Assembly: GCF_009914755.1 (NCBI RefSeq)
Contig: NC_060928.1
DNA from: the human T2T-CHM13v2.0 reference genome, Homo sapiens
Length of the DNA: 64,000 bases
Reading direction: 5' to 3' (one strand)
Below the pieces are notes generated by a model, which did no database searches, was not told the origin of the DNA, and saw nothing but the letters and a program-made list of their open reading frames with translations. Shown piece after piece: positions 52,676 through 64,000 of this stretch. The position numbers were made by a program, and so were the translations under genes. The first letter of the stretch is position 1. Each line of letters starts with the position of its first letter.

Positions 52676-53355
52676 TTAAGCCTGGACAGACAGAGGACAG
52701 TGTTACATCACAGACTCAGAAACAGTGACTAAAGTCTGACATTTCTATCTTCCCTCCTCCTTCACTTCCTGTCTTTGAAACAAGCACTACAAAGACATGA
52801 AATCAGAACCTAAAACTGAGAAGAAAGAAAAACTGTCACAGGAGTATGATGAGTCTGCATTAGGCAAAGGACTCTCCTGACAAGGTGGCCTCAAGGTGGA
52901 AGGAGGCTGGGTAGATGCTTTTGGAGGTGCTGATGGCCATTAGTAGGTGGTGGGCATTGGGAAGAGTAGGTGTACTTCACATCATGGATGAGGGGATTAT
53001 TCATGAGAGGTGATTTGCAGGTTTGCCTCTAAGGGAGGACAAGAGTGAAAGAGGAGGAGTGGGTACCAGCAATGCCAGTCCTGGACGTTCTGAAAAGATG
53101 CAGAGGATTCCAGTTTGAGAAGTGCTACTAGCGGTGTCCACTGGAAGGTCAAAAAGGTGAAGGTGAAGGGCAGCAGAGACAGTGACTGTGGTTACCCCTC
53201 ACTGCTGCCCCTCACCTTGGACAGTGTTTACTGTCATTGTCTTGTAGATTTGCCAGCAGAAGGCTTTTAATTATTTCAGTTATTTTTAGAAATAATATGT
53301 ATTATATGCTGCTTCTCATTATATAAGAAACTCATGGAAAGCATGGAAGAGCCTA

Positions 53356-53775
<420 letters not shown>

Positions 53776-53926
53776 TTAGTAGGGATACTGAGTTAAGCAT
53801 CTTTAAGGTTCTTGACATACATTGACATGCTGTTTTCTGAATAAGGCATACCTATTTGTGTGGCCACCAGGCATGTATGAGTAAGCTGGGGTCTTTCATG
53901 GAAGGGAAATGGTATCTCTCTGTTGT

Positions 53927-54235
53927 TTCCTTCTTTTTTTTTTTTTTTTTTGAGATGGAGTCTTGCTGTGTCACCCAGTCTAGAGTGCAGTAGTGCAATC
54001 TCAGCTCACTGAAACCTCCACCTCCCAGGTTCAAGAAATTCTCCTGCCTCAGCCTTCCCAGTAGCTGGGATTACAGGTGCCCGCCACCACACCTGACTAA
54101 TCTTTTTGTATTTTTAGTAGAAACGGGGTTTCACCATGCTGGCCAGGCTGATCTCGAACTCCTGACCTCAAGTGATCCACCCGCCTCGGCCCTCCAAAGT
54201 GCCGGGATTACAGGCTTGGGTCACTGCACCCGACC
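53927..54235 (-). mobile_element. AluS
   Basis: Full antisense dimer. Confidence 0.9.
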
Positions 54236-54684
54236 CTCATTGTTGTTTTAATTTGCAGGTTATTTGTGAGGTTGTAAACCAGTATTTTTCTTTTGTGAAT
54301 TAGACTGTTTATTTCTACTTCCCTCCCCACCTCAGCTTCTATGATAAGGCCTTGTTAATAGAAATTAAATTAAAAGAATATTGGATTACTTATTTGTGCT
54401 GAAAGTCCCACCCACCAAAAATTATCACCATTTAATTTGTCCACCTTCTATTCACATTCCTTATTTTGGTCATGGTTTTTGTAGGGCCTAGATATAAGTC
54501 ATTTGTGAGTTATCTGCCAATGGCAGATTCTTTACCAAAGAAGTACTTGGGGAGGACCAAGGACTGCCAACCTCTGAAGACAAAAAATTGTTGTTTGTAT
54601 TTTGTTTTTCAGAATAAGCACAAGATTCCTTAATTTTCCTTTAGGCAAAGATAAAGATTTTTATCTTTAAAAGATGCTGGGCTA

Positions 54685-55150
54685 TCAGTTAGGCACGGTG
54701 GCACATGCCTGTAGTCCCAGCTGCTCAGGAGGCTGAGGTAAGAGAATTGCTTGAGGCCAGGAGTTTGAGGCCACAGTGGCTGTAATTGCACCACTGCATT
54801 CCAGACTGGGTGACAAAGCAAGATCTTGTGTCTAAAAAGAAAAAAAACAGGCTGGGCACTGTGGCTCACGTCTGTAATCCCAGCACTTTGGGAGGCTGAG
54901 ATGGGTGGCTGATCACTTGAGGCCAGGAGTTCAAGACCAGCCTGGCCAACATGGTGAAACCCCATCTCTACTAAAAACACACAAATTAGCCAGGCATGGT
55001 GGTATGTGCCTGTGTTCCCAGCTACTTGGGAAGCTGAGGCTGGGGAATCACTTGAACCCAGTGAGGCGAGATTGTGCCATCGCACTCCAGCCTGGGTGAC
55101 ACAGTAAGACTTCATCTAAAAAAAAAAAAAAAAGTGTAAAAAAAAAAAAG
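54685..55150 (+). mobile_element. FRAM-like monomer followed by a full Alu
   Basis: Outer TSD aaaagatgctgg. Confidence 0.85.
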
Positions 55151-55248
55151 ATGCTGGACTAAAATTTATAAGCCAGCATTCCCTGGTATTTAATTTTTCT
55201 ATATCCAAATCAACGTTATTTCCTAGAATTTAAAAACATATATATTTT

Positions 55249-55567
55249 GGCTGGACGCGGTGGCTCACACCTGTAATCCCAGCACTTTGGGAGGCCGAGG
55301 CGGGTAGATCACGAGGTCAGGAGTTCGAGACTAGCCTAGCCAACATAGTGAAACTCCATCTCTACTAAAAATACAAAAAAAAAAATAGCTGGTTATGGTG
55401 GTGTGCGCCTGTAGTCCCCAGCTACTCAGAAGGCTGAGACACGAGAATCACTTGAACCCAGGAAGCAGACGTTGCAGTGAGCCGAGACCACACCACTGCA
55501 GCCTGGGTGACAGAGCGAGAGTCTGTCTCAAAAAAAACAAAACAAAACAAAACAAAAAACAAAAAAA
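55249..55567 (+). mobile_element. AluS (Sg/Sc-like)
   Basis: gatcacgaggtc; (AAAAC)n tail. Confidence 0.88.
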
Positions 55568-56490
55568 CTTACTTGTCATTTTATGCAGCAAATAAAGCCC
55601 TTATCATATGACAAGTCAATCTTCATTGGGGGTTGGGTGGGCAGTGAGCTGTAACCTTCATTATATGATCTTTCTCTGACCTATCTACTATCAAACAACA
55701 GCAGTGATGGTACAGACAAATTGCTCTAATACTCTTACTAAAAAATGAAACAGTAGGTATTTATTATGGCTTTATAGTAAGAAGCCATTTTATTGGAAAA
55801 GCAGAATAAAAGTCTTTGTTTTGTTTCTACTCCAAGTCCAGGTTTGCATTTGTGATTGACAGCAACGGTGCTTACTTAAACAATGGCTAATTTAAATGTT
55901 TCACAATCCTCAAGGGAAAAAATGCCACCTGGGACAATGTTCAATGTCTTGAATTCACTATTAAGTAAGAGTCCGGTTCCGTTCATGTATGCAAATTTCC
56001 CTCCAAGGAATCCTGTTCAAAGGGAAGGCAAACTGAGATCTCCTAGACACCCATGATGTGCCAGATACTTTAATATACTGCAAATTATCTCAATTAATCC
56101 CAACAATAAACACCCATGGTTGGAATCTTTGTGGAAAAGGTAAAAGTTCTATACAGAGAAAGCCACTGCACTGGGAAGGGCAGAGGGCTCCGCTGTTGAC
56201 TGGCTCTTTCATTCTGTTACACAGGACAAGACCAGCATGAGGTCAACCTTGTGGCAATGGCTTTTGTACTCAACTGGCTTCCAAGTTACCTTCTGGCTGA
56301 CTCAGTGTCTCTGAGACCATCCTGAGTGCCAGGGACATTTGTACCTACCTTGGGTGCTAGAAACCAGTTGATTCTACTTCTTATGTTACCTAAATACTTT
56401 GCTCTTTATTGGAGGAAAAGAATGATTCAGATGGAGCCAAACAAGCAGTGGCTTGAACGCCTCTCTCCAATTTTCCTTCAAAAAAATCTT

Positions 56491-56894
<404 letters not shown>

Positions 56895-57140
56895 TTAAGC
56901 ACGTCCATAAACTCCACTTTAAAATACATGATTATTGACTCCCAGGAAACTTCTCAGTAATTCTCACTTGAAATTCACCTTTCTTATGATGATTAAATAT
57001 TTCCTTATGTATACACACTAAAACCTGATCTTAAAAAAAAATTCAAAAATTGCTAAATGAAAGTTTTTGAATATATTAATACCATGTGTGTCTGAAAATA
57101 ACAAGTATTCATAAGCAAAAATTTAAAATTCCAGAGTTAC

Positions 57141-57855
<715 letters not shown>

Positions 57856-58124
57856 TCATAAAACTTTTCTGATGCTTAGTTTCCTCATGTACAAAACAGC
57901 AGCAGTCACCTTCTAGGGTAATTACTGCAGTTAAACAGCCAACATAGAGCACTTAGCAAATACACTCCCAGAAACAGACCTCTTTCCTTCCACCCTTTCA
58001 GGTCATAATATTTCCATCCCACCTTAAGATATCACTTAACTTTAAAGAGCTGGCACAGATAGGGAATGATTTTCAGCTCATATAGTCATGTTTTTAATTC
58101 CTGAAAATGCTCTGCGTTGTGGTC

Positions 58125-58895
<771 letters not shown>

Positions 58896-59104
58896 TCATT
58901 CACTGGTGCTTCATAATTGTAGACATCACTTGTATAGGATATTTTCCAAATAACTGAATTTACTCATGTAAGCAAACACACTATTACTTTCTTGGGTAAA
59001 AATATTTCTAAAATGATTTGTACCCTCACTATCATTTTAAAGAGGCTCCAAAGCACATTCTTCTTGGTGAACCAAGGTTATCCATAGAAATTTACATGTT
59101 GGTG

Positions 59105-59228
59105 ACCTGTATTGGCTCATGCCTTTAATCCCAACAGTTTGGGTGGTCTAGGTGGGAGAATTACTTGAGCCCAGGAATTTGAGACCAGTCTGGGCAACAT
59201 AGTGAGACCCTGTCTCTATAAAATTTTT
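59105..59228 (+). mobile_element. Alu left monomer (FLAM-like)
   Basis: Single arm. Confidence 0.7.
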
Positions 59229-59245
59229 AAAAAGTGAAGAAACTG

Positions 59246-59540
59246 GGCCGGGCGCGGTGGCTTACGCCTGTAATCCCAGCACTTTGGGAGGCCAAGGCAG
59301 GTGGATCACGAGGTCAGGAGATCGAGACCATCCTGGCCAACACGGTGAAACCCCGTCTCCACTAAAAATACAAAAAAAAAAATTCTCCAGGCGTGGTGGC
59401 GGGCGCCTGTAGTCCTAGCTACTGCGGAGGCTGAGGCAGAATGGTGTGAGCCCGGGAGGCGGAGCTTGCAGTGAGCGGAGATTGCGCCACTGCACTCCAG
59501 CCTGGGCGACAGAGTGAGACTCCGTCTCAAAAAAAAAAAA
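59246..59540 (+). mobile_element. AluY
   Basis: gagatcgagaccatcctgg and gagcttgcagtg diagnostics. Confidence 0.88.
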
Positions 59541-59551
59541 GTAAAGAAACT

Positions 59552-59855
59552 GGCCAGGTGCAGTGGCTCACGCCTGTAATCCCAGCACTTTGGGAGGCTG
59601 AGGGGGGGTGGGTCACTTGAGGTCAGGAGTTCAAGACCAGCTTGACCAACATGGTAAAACCCTGTCTCTACTAAAAATACAAAATTAGCCAGGCATGATG
59701 GCACATGCCTGTAATCCCAGCTACTTAGGAGGCTGAGGAGGGAGAACTGCTTGAACCTAGGAGGCGGAGGCTGCAATTAGCCAAGATAGCGCCATTGCAC
59801 TCCAGCCTGGGCAACAAGAGTGAAACTCCATCTCAAAAAAAAAAAAAAAAAAAAA
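59552..59855 (+). mobile_element. AluS (Sq/Sp-like)
   Basis: Full dimer. Confidence 0.88.
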
Positions 59856-60437
59856 GTAAAGAAACTTACATGGTAGAGCTCAGCTGAGATGGGGCAATAG
59901 CTTCGGGGACCATTGCTTCTGGATTGGATGGCAGCAGTTTTACCCCTTTGTTATATGCCCTATTTCTCACCATTGTCTGCCTGCCTGTAATCATCCCTGT
60001 CCTTCTCATTTGTTTCCTTTCATTCATTTATTCATATATCTGGTACATATTTTTGAACACGTGGGATATGCTAAGAGCTAGAGATACAGTAGCAAGTTAG
60101 ACACTTGTGATCCATGACCTAAGGGAACTTAATATTTTAGCAAAAGAGGCAAGCATAAAACAAATACAATGTGTATTTTCAGAGCAAAATTAGAGGACCT
60201 CCTTTAGGGGACCTGGGAAGGTCACCTTGAAGAGGTGACATTCAAGAACTGTGAGATGAGACCCTATCCCAGAGTGAGCCATTAGTAAGTACTGACTGAA
60301 TGAATGAGTCCATGTGTGAATGCTTGCTTGAATGGTCATCAGCCAAGTAGAAAGGAGAAAAGAAAGAGTCGTGATTTATTATGCACTGAGGAACCAGAAA
60401 TGTTATTGAAAGATGTCTAAACTAAGAGTCAATAGGG

Positions 60438-60566
60438 GGACGGGCATGATGGCTCACACCTGTAATCCCAACACTTTGGGAGGCTGAGACGGGTGGATCA
60501 TTTGAGGTCAGGGGTTTGAGACCAGACTGGCCAACATGAAACCCTGTCTCTACTGAAAAATACAAA
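60438..60566 (+). mobile_element. Alu left arm ending at the A-rich linker
   Basis: TSD aagagtcaa(t/c)agg. Confidence 0.82.
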
Positions 60567-61305
60567 GAGTCAACAGGCACTGAGTGAGGTACTAATAGAA
60601 TTTATGGCATTAATTTTGGCTGCTGTGGGGGCTGTTTTATTGCCTTACTTAAGATCTTGAGTTGCTAGACAACTGAAGGATTTTTCATTATCACTGGGCT
60701 AACCTATACGCATTCAGTTTTTACTTCATCCTGCAAAAAGCAAAACCAGCCACATATGGCCCAAGTGTCTGAAGGTTCCTCCAAGTTGCCCGTGTAGTTC
60801 TGACTCCGAGCTCCTACGCATGTGACTTTTCTGGCACAGCCGCCAGAATCACCTTGAAAGGTTGTCACCTACCTGTTCCTTAACAAAGCCATACAGCTCT
60901 GTTCAGAAAAGACAGCAGGCCTGCCTCTTAGGCATTATGGCATGTTGTGAAATGCCTTTTCATTTGGGTCCTATTATTGTCCCCAGAAATTTCAGCCTCA
61001 TGACATTTTACAAATCAAGAAGAACTTGCAGTCTAAAGGATGGAAGGAGCAGATAACAAACAAGAACGCTTGTAGAGACGTTACTCAATTATATGCCTAA
61101 TACAGCCAACCTGACATAGAAGCATTATTATCATATCACGTTTAATAGCAGCAGAGTCTAAAATGCCAGAAACGTGGGCCAAGTTATTCAGGACTTAATG
61201 TGATGCATGACTAGATCTGTCAATAAACTATCATGAAACCATAAGAACCCCTAACAGGAGGATCCAACGTAGCCTTTGTTGATCTTAGTTTCTTACAATT
61301 CCTCA

Positions 61306-61615
<310 letters not shown>

Positions 61616-61773
61616 TAAACAAAAAGATTGTACCGAATATGGATTTTCCTAGTGAAATAAAGGGAAACAAGGAATGACAAGTGTCTAGAAATGGTTTGTT
61701 TTTAGATTTTTCCCCAGAGTCTTTCTGTTCCTTTGATAAAATTTCAGACTCAACACAGGCTCAATCTACTTTA

Positions 61774-62420
<647 letters not shown>

Positions 62421-63275
62421 GTGTGCTTTTAATGCATGAATTATTTCACTGGTCAGGGTTTCTATTTTGGATTCACATGGTATGGCTCTCTTTCCCTACT
62501 TGATAGACTCAAGCAATCTAAGTGCACCTGTGTAACAGGCAATTAGATACAGTAAGTATCAAAATCTTAAAAGAGACATAGGAAAACATTAATCCACTTG
62601 TCAAAAGTTACATAAACTTGCAGTGGTCAGAGTAGTGAAATGACTTTCTGCTAAACTCAATTTTCCGATATGCATATAAAAAGATATTAAACCTGCCATG
62701 CTTCCAGGGAACTCAAGGTCTTTAACCTCTACAATTGTTAGATTTCTTCCTATTTGCCTGAATATACAAAGCCACAGCGAAGTTTGTCCTGTGGAGGAAA
62801 TGTCTTCCAATTTTGAAACAATCATTTCTTCCAGCCGTTTTCAAATGACTGGCCACTTCTCAGAAGAAAAAACCCTTGGCTTCTTACTGCAAGCGTCATT
62901 GGGCAAAAATATACCCAAATCATGTTCTTTCATAATTGGTGAGCTCTTCAACTTAGTACTGTCCTTGTACAGGCCAAAGATCCCACACCCTTGTTATATT
63001 GCCCGTTTTATACTGCAACACTTTTCCCCAAGAACTGGCAATTGTAGAAATCTGTTGGAACTATTTTTTTTCCTAGATTTTCCTATAACTGTTTGAGTTT
63101 TAACTATTAATAACACAGTTACTGCTATCTGTGTGTGGCATATCATTATTACAATTGATCATACATAAACATTTGATTAAGGCTGTAGCTTTATTATATT
63201 TTCTACCCACCCAAAAAAGCTAGATTATAAAGACTTAGTATTCCCAAGAAGTATTTATTCATTAGTTTCTCCTAA

Positions 63276-63665
<390 letters not shown>

Positions 63666-64000
63666 TAACCTGACCTTTAATTTGCTGTTATCTTGTCTAA
63701 ATTTAACAGAATTGGGGGTGGGGTGGGGGGAGAAAGTTTAAAAGTATTTTCATGAAACCAGAACCACCATTTAGCAAAACCTTTAAATGGAATGAATTCC
63801 CGAGCTCACAGAAGTGCAAATCGCAAGGTTACACATTGCCTCCCAGAAACACAGGACCTGGTTCTGAACTCTTTGCTAAAGGATTCTGATTCAGCCCACT
63901 GTAAAATCTCAAGCACAAGTAGGTTTTCCACTTACTCTCCATTACACACATGTCCCTCTAGCAAAACCAAAAACAGCATTTGATGGAAGCTAAAGATTAC

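Noticed and set aside
62698-63096. 132-aa ORF (and the 142-aa ORF at 16467-16895)
   Set aside because: No recognisable homology or exon structure; chance-length ORFs antisense to RBM47.

Overview
Human (primate) genomic DNA. It is very Alu-dense (about 70 Alu elements or fragments by my hand count, roughly 2:1 on the + strand), with old L1, L2 and MIR fragments and DNA-transposon MITEs (MER20, MER58A, MER44A, MER3, MADE1, MADE2). No protein-coding exon is supported: the ORF track is almost entirely Alu- or L1-derived or chance. I read the window as the 5' intronic region of RBM47 (4p14, minus strand). The anchors are a 123-nt 5'UTR exon with canonical splice sites (16195-16317), the exact MIR4802 hairpin (51682-51761, minus) and an RPL37 processed pseudogene (41329-41722). 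The locus identity is recalled, not searched. I found no evidence of a wholly new multi-gene system. The best leads are: (1) a candidate 35-nt cassette exon that would create a strong-Kozak upstream AUG across the splice junction, giving a 31-codon uORF; (2) a young 170-bp inverted duplication templated into an Alu, forming a near-perfect non-Alu hairpin about 0.5 kb from that exon; (3) a self-nested Alu carrying a copy of its own flank; (4) a candidate internal promoter with an HNF1/HNF4-type enhancer in an Alu-free island; (5) a CpG-retaining, L2-derived GC-box/ETS patch.
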